A DNA stretch of 64,000 nucleotides from Clostridiales bacterium (GCA_015056005.1 SVHB01000002.1:13188-77187), one strand, 5' to 3'; positions 27,035-37,162 are shown, numbered from the stretch's first letter. Notes: generated from the letters alone by a model not told the origin. Translations and numbers: made by a program.

Positions 27035-28413
27035 TTATCTACCTCCCACGGTTATGGAGCTGATACGGATCATGGGCTGACCTACATTTGCTGGGATGGA
27101 ACCGCTCTGAGAGCCGCACATGCCCTGTTCCATGGTCATATTCTTGCCAACTCTGTCAATCTTGGGCAGTACCTGATCGCCCTTGCCGATGAGGGATGCG
27201 CCTCTGACGGGGGTGGTGATCTTACCGTCCTTTACAAGATAAGCTTCCCTTACGGAGAAGTTGAATTCGCCGGTGGTGGGATTTACGGAACCGCCGCCCA
27301 TTGCCTTGCAGTAAAGGCCGTCGCCCATGGAAGAAATGATCTCTGCATCGTCGTCGTTGCCGGGAGCGATGTAGGTGTTGGTCATGCGGGAAGTTGCAGC
27401 ATATTTATAGCTTTCTCTTCTGCTGGAACCGGTGGGATCCATGCCCATTCTGCGGGAACCGAGACGGTCGATCATATAGCTTTGCAGTACGCCATCCTTG
27501 ATGAGAACGTTCTTTCTGGGAGCGAAGCCTTCATCGTCGATGTTAAGGCTGCCCCATGCATTGGGAATGGTACCGTCGTCGATCGCGGTTACGATGGAAG
27601 AAGCGATCTTCTGACCGAGCTTGCCGGAGAACTGGCTGGTGCCCTTGGAAACGCTGGTAGCTTCAAGGGAGTGACCGCAGGCTTCGTGGAACAAAACGCC
27701 GCCGAAACCGTTGTCGATAACTACGGGCATAACGCCTGCAGGGCAAGCGGGAGCCTTGAGCATGGTGACCGCCTGCTTGGCGCTCTTGATACCAAGAGCC
27801 TTAAGGTCCATGCCTTCAAAGAGCTCATAGCCCGTCTGAGCGCCGGGATTTGCTGTACCCACCTGGTTTTCTCCGCCCATGCTTGCGATTGCAGAGATAG
27901 AATGCGCACATGGGTACGGCTGTCCTCGGCATAGAGGCCTTCGGAGTTGCATATGAGCACATTCTTTTCTTTTTCCAAAAGGGTGCCGGTGACCTGCGCA
28001 ATAAGAGGATCGTATTCCTTTGCGGCAAAGCATGCTTCCTTGAGCATGTCGGTCTTTCTTACCACCTCAATATTGGAGGGAGGAAGAAGTATGGGGCTGA
28101 TCTGGCTGACCTTTGAGGGTGCAAGGGTAACTTCCCTGCCCTCTTTGATAGCGCCGATAGCCGCTGCCGCTTTAAGAGCGGTATCGGTAAGCCCTTTAAG
28201 GCTGGTGTCGTTGGTATAGGCATACACGGTCCTTGTGCCTAAAAACACGCGGATACCTGCGCCGTGCTCGCGGCCGGAAACGACCTGTTCGATTTTGCCG
28301 GACTGCAGAGTCGCAGTGCTGGAATGCTGATCTTCCGCATATATTTCGGCGAAATCGCCGCCGGAAGAAAGCGCTGCTTTAAGTACCGCTTCGGCTACAT
28401 GCTTTGGTATCAT
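27035..28413 (-). pseudogene. tldD: TldD metalloprotease, split by a 1-nt frameshift near 27,900
   Basis: The N-terminal 170 aa are in one frame (...NSEGLYAEDSRTHVR). The remainder, including HEACGH, runs from ...SISAIASMGGENQ in the -1 frame. The two track ORFs (27721-28413 and 27035-28033) overlap. Confidence 0.8.
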
Positions 28414-28432
28414 TCAAAAACCACCTCTATCT

Positions 28433-29767
28433 TCATTTTTTATTATTCTTTTGATTATACTCGCCGGCCTGGGCTCTTAAACTGCGAAGTTTTAGGATAT
28501 TTGCCTCGCCGCCCTGATCGGAGGGTATATAGAATTTCTTACCAATTGCGTCATCGGGCATATACTGCTGATAAACAAAATGTCCCGGGTAATCGTGCGG
28601 ATACATATAACCTTCACCGCTGCCCAGCTTATCCGCACCTTTGTAATGAGTATCCCTCAGATGTGCGGGAACGGGAGTGTTTTTCGCGTTTTGAGCGTCT
28701 TCAAACGCCGCATCCACAGCCATCACCACAGAATTTGATTTCGGGCTTTCGCAGATAGTGATTATCGCCTGCGCTATGGGCAGCCTTGCCTCGGGCATAC
28801 CGATGGCTTCAAGCGCCCTGTATGCGTTTATTGCGGCTGTCATTGCGTTACCGTTTGCAAGACCTACATCCTCGCTTGCATGGGCGATACAGCGCCTGAC
28901 TATGATCCTCGGATCAACGCCCGCAACTATCATCCTTGCAAACCATGCCAGCGCCGCATCCGAATCGCTGCCGCGTAGCGATTTGCAGAACGCTGAGAGC
29001 ATATCGTAAAAATACGATTCATCCATCTGCAAAACCTTTTGCTGTATGGACTGCTCTGCAACATCAAGGGTGATTATCACCTTTCCGTCCCTGTTCGGCT
29101 TTGTTGTGAGCACGGCTAGCTCAAGCGCGTTCAGCGCGCTTCTTGCATCGCCGTCGGCTATAGCCGCGATATGCTCGGCAGCATCCGCCTCAAGCTCGAT
29201 ATCCATATTCCCGTAGCCGTTTTCGGTGTCCGTCAGAGCTCTTTCAAGAGCCTTTAATATATCGCTTCTTCCCAGCTGCTCGAATTTGAATATTCTGCAT
29301 CTGGACACGATAGCGGGGGTCATGGCTATCATCGGGTTTTCGGTAGTTGAACCTATAAAGCGTATGGTTCCCTGCTCTATTGCGGGAAGGATCGAATCGC
29401 TCTGCGCTTTTGACCATCTGTGACATTCATCAAGCAAAAGATATGTACTTTGACGATATAAGGTTATACGGTCCTGTGCTCTTTTTATGACCTCTCTTAC
29501 ATCGGATACTCCTGCCATAACAGCATTAAGCTTTTCAAAAGCCGAGCTTGTGGTGGATGCGATTATAGATGCAAGCGTAGTTTTGCCGGTACCCGGCGGG
29601 CCGTAAAATATAGAGCTTGTGAGCCTGTCGGCCTCTATCGCACGCCTGAGGAGCCTTCCTTTACCGACTATCTTTTCCTGACCGTAAAAATCGTCAAGTG
29701 TCTGAGGGCGCATCCTGTCTGCCAGAGGAGCCATGGCTCTTTGATTTTTTTCAAGCAATGTTTCCAT
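28433..29767 (-). CDS. rarA: Replication-associated recombination protein A (AAA+ ATPase RarA/MgsA)
   Basis: The ATG at 29767 follows AGGGAG. METLLEKNQRAMAPLADRMRPQTLDDFYGQ..., Walker A GPPGTGKTTLA. The upstream 112 codons of the track ORF cross the divergent promoter. Confidence 0.9.
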   Translation of the reverse strand: METLLEKNQRAMAPLADRMRPQTLDDFYGQEKIVGKGRLLRRAIEADRLTSSIFYGPPGTGKTTLASIIASTTSSAFEKLNAVMAGVSDVREVIKRAQDRITLYRQSTYLLLDECHRWSKAQSDSILPAIEQGTIRFIGSTTENPMIAMTPAIVSRCRIFKFEQLGRSDILKALERALTDTENGYGNMDIELEADAAEHIAAIADGDARSALNALELAVLTTKPNRDGKVIITLDVAEQSIQQKVLQMDESYFYDMLSAFCKSLRGSDSDAALAWFARMIVAGVDPRIIVRRCIAHASEDVGLANGNAMTAAINAYRALEAIGMPEARLPIAQAIITICESPKSNSVVMAVDAAFEDAQNAKNTPVPAHLRDTHYKGADKLGSGEGYMYPHDYPGHFVYQQYMPDDAIGKKFYIPSDQGGEANILKLRSLRAQAGEYNQKNNKK

Positions 29768-29825
29768 ATAAATCTCCCTAATACAAAAATATTTTATCAC
29801 ATATTCTATAAAACGGCAATAATTC

Positions 29826-29854
29826 TTGCACTTTGAATATATGTATGTTATAAT
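29826..29854 (+). promoter_or_regulatory. Sigma-A promoter for the YebC-family gene (TTGCAC-17 nt-TGtTATAAT)
   Basis: ttgcac at 29826-29831 and tataat at 29849-29854 with an upstream TG. Confidence 0.55.
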
Positions 29855-29894
29855 GTTATAAGTAATTTTTTGCTTTGATTTTGGAGGGTTATTT

Positions 29895-30635
29895 ATGTCC
29901 GGACATTCCCATGCTGCTAATATCGCCGGCAAGAAGAGCAAGACCGATGCCGCGAAATCCAAGATATATACCAAGCTCGGAAGAGAAATCTCTGTAGCCG
30001 TTCGCGAAGGCGGCGGTGATCCCGTTTCCAACCAGAAGCTGCGCGACGTTATCGCAAAGTGCCGTGCTGCCAATATGCCCAACGACAACATCTGGCGTTC
30101 CATCCGTAAAGCAGCTGGCGAAGGCGAATCTGTTGATTATGTTGCAAACCTTTACGAAGGCTATGCTCCCGGCGGCGTTGCCGTTATGGTAGATACCCTT
30201 ACCGAGAACAAGAACCGTACCGTCAGCGACGTTCGTCATGCTTTTGATAAGCACGGCGGCTCCATGGGCGCTTCCGGCTGCGTCAGCTATATGTTCGACC
30301 GCAAGGGCGTTATCGTTATCGCTCAGGGCGATCTTGACGAAGACGAATTCATGATGACCGCTCTTGACGCAGGCGCAGACGATGTTGAGCTCAATGAAGG
30401 CTATTTTGAGATCACCACCGATCCCAACAACTTCTCCGCAGTTCGTGAAGAGCTTGAAAAGCAGGGTCTGACCTTCGAATCCGCTGAGGTCAGCTATGTT
30501 GCTCAGAACTATATCGAAGTTTCCGATGAAGAGACCGTTACTAAGATCAAAAAGCTCATTGCTATGCTCGAAGATCTTGACGATGTTCAGGAAGTTTACC
30601 ACAATGCAGAGCTTCCCGTTGACGATGAAGAATAA
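29895..30635 (+). CDS. YebC/PmpR-family DNA-binding transcriptional regulator
   Basis: MSGHSHAANIAGKKSKTDAAKSKIYTKLGREI..., 246 aa, a very conserved family. Confidence 0.92.
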   Translation: MSGHSHAANIAGKKSKTDAAKSKIYTKLGREISVAVREGGGDPVSNQKLRDVIAKCRAANMPNDNIWRSIRKAAGEGESVDYVANLYEGYAPGGVAVMVDTLTENKNRTVSDVRHAFDKHGGSMGASGCVSYMFDRKGVIVIAQGDLDEDEFMMTALDAGADDVELNEGYFEITTDPNNFSAVREELEKQGLTFESAEVSYVAQNYIEVSDEETVTKIKKLIAMLEDLDDVQEVYHNAELPVDDEE

Positions 30636-30650
30636 TTAATATAAAACAAT

Positions 30651-30686
30651 AAGAGATGATGGAATTTCCATCATCTCTTTGTTTTA
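30651..30686. terminator. Intrinsic terminator (12-bp stem) between convergent genes
   Basis: aagagatgatgg-aattt-ccatcatctctt followed by TGTTTT. Confidence 0.75.
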
Positions 30687-31562
30687 CATATCAAGGTATT
30701 TCAGCAGTCTTTCCTTAGGAAGCTTTGCTCTTGGGTATTCGGTGAGTGAATCCAGCTCGTACATAATTCCGTAAAGCCCTATTCTCTTTTCTGTGTTTGA
30801 ATTTTCAAACATTTTGGGAGAATATTTCCTTACCCATTTCATGAGGTCTGCATAATCCTCTTTGAGCTGTCTTGGATCGTCTTCCTCGTTTGCATAGCAA
30901 TTGGGAGTAAGCTCCATGCGCTTGAAAACATCCAGAGTATAATCAAAGGGAGCTTTATAGATCATCTCGTAATCTATGAGATAAAGCTTTTCGCCCTCGA
31001 AAAGGAAGTTATCAAAATGGGCATCGGCATAAACGAGGGATGGCGCTGCTTCGTCAAGTACCTCCTGATGCTCTGCAATATAATCTTCAAGCCTTTTTGA
31101 AAGCTCTTCATCCACTCCGCCTGATTCCCTTGCAGCATTCAAGCGCTCTTTTATCGTGCCGATAACATATTTCTTCCACGGAAGGAGCGACTGCACGCAT
31201 TTGGCGGCAGCCAAATCGGTTTTACTCAGCTGATTCAGTATCAAGCATACCTGTTTTACGGTATTTTCTCTTTGCTCACTTGTCATATCGGGCCAAAGAT
31301 GGAAAATACTGCTGCCGTTGATCCTTTGCAGGATAAGGTAGTCCTCGCCCATTGCCAGAAGTTTGGGAGCAAACTCAGGGCGTATTACATCATAGACGAA
31401 CCTTTCCCTTTCAAGAGCTCCCTGTTCTCCCTTGAAAACCTTAACAACACAGCTGTCAGCAATATATATATCGTTTATAAATCCTGCATTGGCTTTTTCG
31501 ATATTATTATAACCTATGCCATGCTTTTCAAGACAGCTCTTTACGTAATCGATACCGTTCAT
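30684..31562 (-). CDS. Phosphotransferase-family (APH/choline-kinase-like) small-molecule kinase
   Basis: Kinase-like fold blocks: NDIYIADSCVVKVF (Lys region), DAHFDNFLF and YLIDYE (Mg-binding Asp). The ATG at 31562 overlaps the upstream stop (TAATG). Confidence 0.65.
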   Translation of the reverse strand: MNGIDYVKSCLEKHGIGYNNIEKANAGFINDIYIADSCVVKVFKGEQGALERERFVYDVIRPEFAPKLLAMGEDYLILQRINGSSIFHLWPDMTSEQRENTVKQVCLILNQLSKTDLAAAKCVQSLLPWKKYVIGTIKERLNAARESGGVDEELSKRLEDYIAEHQEVLDEAAPSLVYADAHFDNFLFEGEKLYLIDYEMIYKAPFDYTLDVFKRMELTPNCYANEEDDPRQLKEDYADLMKWVRKYSPKMFENSNTEKRIGLYGIMYELDSLTEYPRAKLPKERLLKYLDM

Positions 31563-32317
31563 TATTTGATCCAAGCATTCAGTGTCTCAGCATCGTCATA
31601 GAAGGTTTCCAAAGTACCGTCTTTTACGAATTCGAGCATAAATGCTCTGTCCTTTCCGTCCTGATTTAGAGTATGCAGATATGCACCCCAAACACCGTTG
31701 CCCTCGCTAAGGCTGTATCTCTCTTTTCCAGCCCAATTGAACACATGTACATTGCTCACATAAGGCATTGCTGTTTTGAGAGAACCCATGTTATATACAA
31801 AATCCTTATACTGGTTGGGCTGCCAATAAAGGTATGCATTGGGATGGCCGATCTCCTCTATCAGCTTAACGGCCGATTCGGGAGTATTGGTAAGGGTCTT
31901 CTGATGATATTCAAAGGAAAGAGTAATGCCTGCATCCTGAGCATATTTTGCAAACGCTCTATACTGCTTAACCATATTTGCTCTGACATTTGCGGGGACT
32001 TCTTCGCTGTCCAGAGTTCCAGCCCAGATGCGGATATTGGGTGCGCCCATTTCATAAGCGGAGTCCACAACGGGAATAAACTCTGCTTTTACATCTCTTA
32101 CAAGCTGTTTTCCGAAATAAGAACCGTAGGACAGAACTTCAAGGCCTTCTTCCCTGCACATATTCGCGATCTCGCGTGCGGTTTTGAGATCGCCGCAGGG
32201 CGCATGGATATCACTGCCCCATTCAATGCCGTCAAGACCTGCTTTTTTTACCGCGCCAATTATTTCGCGGGGTCTCAGGTTGCGAAAAGTTACGGAAACA
32301 AGACCTGTTTTATTCAT
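31562..32317 (-). CDS. Sugar phosphate isomerase/epimerase (xylose-isomerase-like TIM barrel)
   Basis: 251 aa with AP-endonuclease-2/TIM-barrel-type pattern (GLDGIEWGSDIH..., LSFEYH...). Confidence 0.7.
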   Translation of the reverse strand: MNKTGLVSVTFRNLRPREIIGAVKKAGLDGIEWGSDIHAPCGDLKTAREIANMCREEGLEVLSYGSYFGKQLVRDVKAEFIPVVDSAYEMGAPNIRIWAGTLDSEEVPANVRANMVKQYRAFAKYAQDAGITLSFEYHQKTLTNTPESAVKLIEEIGHPNAYLYWQPNQYKDFVYNMGSLKTAMPYVSNVHVFNWAGKERYSLSEGNGVWGAYLHTLNQDGKDRAFMLEFVKDGTLETFYDDAETLNAWIK

Positions 32318-32386
32318 AGTAAAACGCTCCTTAAAGCTGCTGATTTACAAAAAAGGGCGGGATAAATCCCGCCCGAAGGTATTAAA

Positions 32387-33463
32387 TTATCTCTTGACTC
32401 TGGCGTTGCCGGACCATACGCTCCAGACCATGTCTTCGTCAGCGGGCTGTGCATAGTCGGTGAGGAAGGTGGTTGCAAGTGCGCCGCTTGCCCAACCGAA
32501 CTGGATCCACTTTTCGGACTCCCAGCCACGGAGCATAGCATACAGCATGCCGCCTACGAAACCGTCGCCGCCGCCGATGCGGTCGAGAACATGGATTTCA
32601 CGAGGCTCAACAACATGCCATTCGTCGCCGGCCAGCATGATAGCGCCCCACATGTGGGAGTTAACATTGATAACCTGACGCAGAGTGGTTGCGAATACGG
32701 AAGCATTGGGATATGCCTTCTTAACTTCGCCGATCATTTCCTTGAAGGAATCGATCTTGTCGCCCAGACCCTTGCCGCCTGCTTCGGGGCCCTTGATGCC
32801 CAGAGCGAGCTGGAAGTCTTCTTCATTGCCGATGAGAACGTCAGCGATGGAAGCGATCTCGGAGAAGATGTCATGGAGCTCCTGCTCACGATTCTTCCAG
32901 AAGGAAGCGCGGTAGTTGAGGTCGAAGGAAACAACGGTGCCATACTTCTTTGCAGCGCGAGCGAGCTCGAGGCAGAAGATGGAGGTCTCATGGGACAGAG
33001 CGCCGATAAGGCCGGAGAGGTGGAGGATCTGAACGCCTTCTTCGCCGAAGATACGGTCAAGATCGAAATCCTTGATGTTGAGGGTCAGGCCGACTTCGCC
33101 GGAACGGTCGTTCCAAACGCGGGGACCGCGGGAACCGTAACCGCTGTCAGCGATATTGATCTGATGGCGATAGCCCCAGGGGCCGCCCTGATCTACTTCT
33201 GCGCCTTCGTAGTCAATGCCGCGGGAACGCAGGGACTGCTTGATGATGGAAGCAACGGGGCTGTCTTTTACGAAGGTGGTGAGAACCTTTGCGGGGAGAC
33301 CCAGAGAAGCGGAAACGTTGAGAACGTTGGTCTCAGCGCTGGTTACCTGCATATCGAACTGGCTGGAGGTATGAACAGGCTGACCTGCTGCGGGGCAGAT
33401 ACGAATACCCATGGAGCTGGGAGCCATGATAGCATACTTGCAGTTCTGTCTTAACTCTTTCAT
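32387..33463 (-). CDS. PfkB-family sugar kinase (2-dehydro-3-deoxygluconokinase-like)
   Basis: The ATG at 33463 follows GGAGG. C-terminal DRIGGGDGFVGG PfkB signature; strongly biased GC3 codon usage. Confidence 0.75.
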   Translation of the reverse strand: MKELRQNCKYAIMAPSSMGIRICPAAGQPVHTSSQFDMQVTSAETNVLNVSASLGLPAKVLTTFVKDSPVASIIKQSLRSRGIDYEGAEVDQGGPWGYRHQINIADSGYGSRGPRVWNDRSGEVGLTLNIKDFDLDRIFGEEGVQILHLSGLIGALSHETSIFCLELARAAKKYGTVVSFDLNYRASFWKNREQELHDIFSEIASIADVLIGNEEDFQLALGIKGPEAGGKGLGDKIDSFKEMIGEVKKAYPNASVFATTLRQVINVNSHMWGAIMLAGDEWHVVEPREIHVLDRIGGGDGFVGGMLYAMLRGWESEKWIQFGWASGALATTFLTDYAQPADEDMVWSVWSGNARVKR

Positions 33464-33571
33464 AATAGGATTACCTCCATTTAATTTTCGTTTGAATTTA
33501 TTATATACCATTTATCGCCAAATAGCAATCACAATCTTGCCGTTTATTTTCACGAATTTCAGATTTGCACA

Positions 33572-34549
33572 TTAAATCCCGTAATATTTACTGCAAAGCA
33601 ATGATTCATACTCATCTTTTTGAATATCAAGGCCTATCCCGACGCTTTCATACCATTCAAGCATCATCATAAGACCTTTGGAAAGATCGTATTCAAATTT
33701 GAAATCACCTACAGCATACCTGAATTTTTCTATGCTGAAAAGGCTCGGATATTTCTTTTCGTGATAATAATGCCCAAACAGCACAGGATCCTCTTTGTAC
33801 AGTTTTTCTGTCGGGATATACGCAAGCTTGGGTTCTATGCCCAATATCCTTCCCGCTTCCAAATACAGATCCTCAATATTATGAAAGGTATCGTTTGCAA
33901 AATGGAAGCTTTCGCCGAAGGCTTTTTCATTTCCGCAAAGCGCAATATATGCCCTTGCGATATCGGGAGAAAAGGTGAATCCCCATGGGATCACGCCTTC
34001 GCCCAGCATCACCATAGGTCTGCCGTTTTTTATGCGGTCAAAAATATTGTAATTCTGGCGCATCAGCCCCATGTTCATACCGCCGACGCCGAAAATCAGG
34101 GACGGGCGCACTACGGTTATCGGGGTCTTCATATCACCTTTTCTGCTATCTATATATCTTTCCATTTCGGCTTTAAGATAGCCGTAGGTATACGCATCGC
34201 TTGTAAGCAGGCCTTCTGCGCTTTCCTTTACAGGCATCGATTTATACGGCCGTTCATATGCAGCAATGGAGGAAGTGAATATGATCTGCCCGCAGCATGA
34301 ATCAAATGCGTCTATCGTATCCTTTGCATCGCTTGGATTAAACGCGATCATATCGATAACAACATCAGGATGTAATTTAGCAAGTCTTTTTAATTCATAA
34401 CTGTGCCTGTCGCCGATTATGGTAACTGCGTTTTTATTGCCTTCCCTGCTGCCTCTGTTAAAGGCATACATTTCGTGTCCTGCAAAAATGCCCGCATCGA
34501 TGACCCTTGCGCTTATAGAGCCCGTTCCGCCCAATACAAGTATTTTCAT
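33572..34549 (-). CDS. NAD-dependent epimerase/dehydratase family protein
   Basis: MKILVLGGTGSISARV Rossmann GxxGxxG at the ATG at 34549; the track ORF is extended upstream. Confidence 0.75.
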   Translation of the reverse strand: MKILVLGGTGSISARVIDAGIFAGHEMYAFNRGSREGNKNAVTIIGDRHSYELKRLAKLHPDVVIDMIAFNPSDAKDTIDAFDSCCGQIIFTSSIAAYERPYKSMPVKESAEGLLTSDAYTYGYLKAEMERYIDSRKGDMKTPITVVRPSLIFGVGGMNMGLMRQNYNIFDRIKNGRPMVMLGEGVIPWGFTFSPDIARAYIALCGNEKAFGESFHFANDTFHNIEDLYLEAGRILGIEPKLAYIPTEKLYKEDPVLFGHYYHEKKYPSLFSIEKFRYAVGDFKFEYDLSKGLMMMLEWYESVGIGLDIQKDEYESLLCSKYYGI

Positions 34550-34725
34550 ACGATCATCTCCGTTCTTCTCGATACAACGATTATAGCATAAATATTTGTT
34601 TATTTGTATTGGTTTTTTGTTATAATGTACGCAGATCAAATTCGGAAAAAGTACTTTAAATATATATGCAATTGAGGTATAATATAGAAGATTATGCTGA
34701 TTAGACTTTAAGGTAGGTTTTTGAT

Positions 34726-35976
34726 ATGGTAAACGAAAGACTTTTGGCAGGCTCAGATGTTTTCAAGAAGCTTTACGGCGATGCCTGGGAGAAGAACGCC
34801 CTTCGTTATGAGGTTCTTGCAAACGAATACAGTGAACGTTTCGGAAATGAGATGCGCTTTTTCAGCGCACCCGGGCGTACCGAGATAGCCGGTAATCATA
34901 CCGACCATAATCACGGCAGAGTTCTTGCGGCAGCTGTAGACCTTGATACCATTGCAGCAGCCGGCAGGATCGAGGGAAATGAGATCGTGCTCTATTCTCA
35001 CGGTTTTGATAAGCCTTTTGTGGTCGACATTACAAATCTTAACGTTGTTGAAGAAGAAAAGAACACCTCCTGCGCGATCATCCGCGGCATCTGCGCAAGG
35101 TTCGTTCAGGAAGGCAAACCCATCGGTGCATTCGGCGCCTGCGTGGATTCCACAGTTAAAGGCGGCAGCGGTCTTTCCTCTTCCGCAGCGTTTGAAGTTC
35201 TGGTCGTCGCTATACTTGATCATCTTTTCGGCAGCGGCGATATCGACGGCGTTTCCAATGCCATCATTTCTCAGTATGCCGAAAACGTATATTTTGGCAA
35301 GCCCTGCGGGCTTATGGATCAGACCGCATGCGCTCTTGGCGGGCTTACTGCCATTGATTTCAAGGATCCCATGCCCGTGACCGACGGTCTTACCTATGAT
35401 TTTGCTTCCAAAGGCTATAAGCTTGTCGTTGTAAACACCGGCAGTTCTCATGACGATCTGACCGACTGCTATGCTTCCATCCCTCAAGAGATGAAAGCAG
35501 TCGCAGGCTTCTTCGGCAAGAGCGTTCTTCGTGAAGTCAACGAGGACGAATTCATCGAAAAGATTCCCGAGCTTCGTAAAGTCGTATCCGAACGTGCCAT
35601 CCTTCGCGCTATGCATTTCTTCAATGATAATGCAAGAGTACCTCATATGACTCAGGCACTCAGGGATGACGACCTTAATACTTTCTTCAGCCATTCCATT
35701 GCATCGGGCGAAAGCTCATGGAAGCTGCTCCAGAACATCTATCCCGAAGGATCATGTGAGCAAAGCCTTGCTCTTGCACTTGCTCTTTCCGAGAAGATGC
35801 TTTCGGGCAAAGGAGCCTGGCGCGTACACGGCGGCGGCTTTGCAGGTACCATTCAGGCATTCGTTCCCAATGATATGCTTGAAGCTTTTGTTATAAGGAT
35901 GGATAAGGTTTTTGGGCAAAATGCCTGCACCGTGCTTTCCATCCGCGCACAGGGCGCTATCGAACTCAACATTTAA
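34726..35976 (+). CDS. GHMP kinase, galactokinase family
   Basis: APGRTEIAGNHTDHNHG (galactokinase signature variant) and the GHMP motif GGSGLSSSAA. Confidence 0.75.
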   Translation: MVNERLLAGSDVFKKLYGDAWEKNALRYEVLANEYSERFGNEMRFFSAPGRTEIAGNHTDHNHGRVLAAAVDLDTIAAAGRIEGNEIVLYSHGFDKPFVVDITNLNVVEEEKNTSCAIIRGICARFVQEGKPIGAFGACVDSTVKGGSGLSSSAAFEVLVVAILDHLFGSGDIDGVSNAIISQYAENVYFGKPCGLMDQTACALGGLTAIDFKDPMPVTDGLTYDFASKGYKLVVVNTGSSHDDLTDCYASIPQEMKAVAGFFGKSVLREVNEDEFIEKIPELRKVVSERAILRAMHFFNDNARVPHMTQALRDDDLNTFFSHSIASGESSWKLLQNIYPEGSCEQSLALALALSEKMLSGKGAWRVHGGGFAGTIQAFVPNDMLEAFVIRMDKVFGQNACTVLSIRAQGAIELNI

Positions 35977-35999
35977 TAAATACAGTAGGAGGCTAGAAC

Positions 36000-37160
36000 A
36001 TGATACTTATTAAGAATGCTCATATCCTTTCCATGGCAGGCTTTGATTTTGAAAACGGCTGCGTGCTTATCAATGACGAGGGCAAGATCGAGAAGGTAGC
36101 AGAAACTATCGACTGCGAATGCGCTCAGGTCATCGATGTAAGCGGCGGCTGGCTCTGCCCGGGTTTTGTAGACGCTCATTGCCATATCGGTCTTTTTAAC
36201 GACGGTATGGGTTCAGAGGGCAGCGACGGCAACGAAGCCACCGCTAACATCACCCCTCAGATGCGCGCTATCGATTCCATCAATATGCGTGATGTAAACT
36301 TCCGCGAGGCTATGGAAGCCGGCGTTACCACCCTTTGCACCGGCCCCGGCAGCGCAAACGTAATCGGCGGTCAGTTCGTTCTTATGAAGAACAAGGGCGC
36401 TCAGCGTATCGAAGACGCTATTATCAAGGAGCCCTTTGCGCTCAAGATCGCTTTCGGCGAAAACCCCAAGAGAGTTTACGGTTCCAGAAAGCAGGAGCCT
36501 TCCACCCGTATGGGCACCGCTGCCGTTCTGCGTCAGGCTCTTGAAGATGGCAAAAGATATAAGGCAAAGGTCGAACGCGCAAACGGCGATCCCGAAAAGA
36601 TGCCCGATTACAGCTTAAAGCTCGAAGCTATCAAGGGCGTACTGGACGGCAAATATCCCCTGAAGGCCCATGCGCACAGAGCCGACGATATCCTTACCGC
36701 TATCCGCATCGCAAACGAATTCGGCCTTGATTATACTCTTGATCACTGCACCGAAGGCTATCTCATCGCCGATATCCTCAAAGAAGAAAATGCAAAGGTC
36801 ATCATCGGTCCCCTCTTCACCGAGCGCAGCAAGGTAGAGCTCAACCAGCTCACCAACAAGGCAGCGAAGATCCTTTACGATGCAGGCGTTAAATTCGCAC
36901 TTATGACCGACTCTCCCGTTATTCCCGAGCAGTATCTGCCCGTGACCGCAGCCGTTCTTGTCAAAGACGGTCTGCCCGAGATGGAAGCCCTCAAGGCGAT
37001 CACCATCAACGCAGCCGAGATCCTCGGCGTTGGCGACCGTGTAGGCTCCATCGAGCCCGGCAAGGATGCCGATATCGCGATTTTCAACGCTCACCCCCTC
37101 GATTTCAGAGCAGTCGCTCAGTATGTTTTGGTTGACGGCAAGATCGTTCATCAGAAATAA
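36000..37160 (+). CDS. Amidohydrolase-family metallo-hydrolase
   Basis: PGFVDAHCHIG (HxH metal motif), late GKDADI block; 386 aa. Confidence 0.75.
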   Translation: MILIKNAHILSMAGFDFENGCVLINDEGKIEKVAETIDCECAQVIDVSGGWLCPGFVDAHCHIGLFNDGMGSEGSDGNEATANITPQMRAIDSINMRDVNFREAMEAGVTTLCTGPGSANVIGGQFVLMKNKGAQRIEDAIIKEPFALKIAFGENPKRVYGSRKQEPSTRMGTAAVLRQALEDGKRYKAKVERANGDPEKMPDYSLKLEAIKGVLDGKYPLKAHAHRADDILTAIRIANEFGLDYTLDHCTEGYLIADILKEENAKVIIGPLFTERSKVELNQLTNKAAKILYDAGVKFALMTDSPVIPEQYLPVTAAVLVKDGLPEMEALKAITINAAEILGVGDRVGSIEPGKDADIAIFNAHPLDFRAVAQYVLVDGKIVHQK

Positions 37161-37162
37161 TC

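Noticed and set aside
27890-27915. Programmed -1 ribosomal frameshifting in tldD.
   Set aside because: I saw no slippery X XXY YYZ heptamer and no obvious downstream stimulatory structure at the junction. A single-T indel explains it more simply. It is kept as a finding only as a pseudogene or sequencing-error candidate.
25683-28413. TldD/PmbA as part of a microcin-B17-like or other RiPP maturation cluster.
   Set aside because: No precursor-peptide-like small ORF, cyclodehydratase, dehydrogenase or export gene is adjacent. The neighbours are rarA and sugar-catabolic genes.
29768-30103. 112-codon N-terminal extension of the rarA ORF.
   Set aside because: The extension crosses the divergent promoter region and overlaps the yebC-family gene start. 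The conserved RarA N-terminus begins at the ATG at 29767, which has an AGGGAG RBS.
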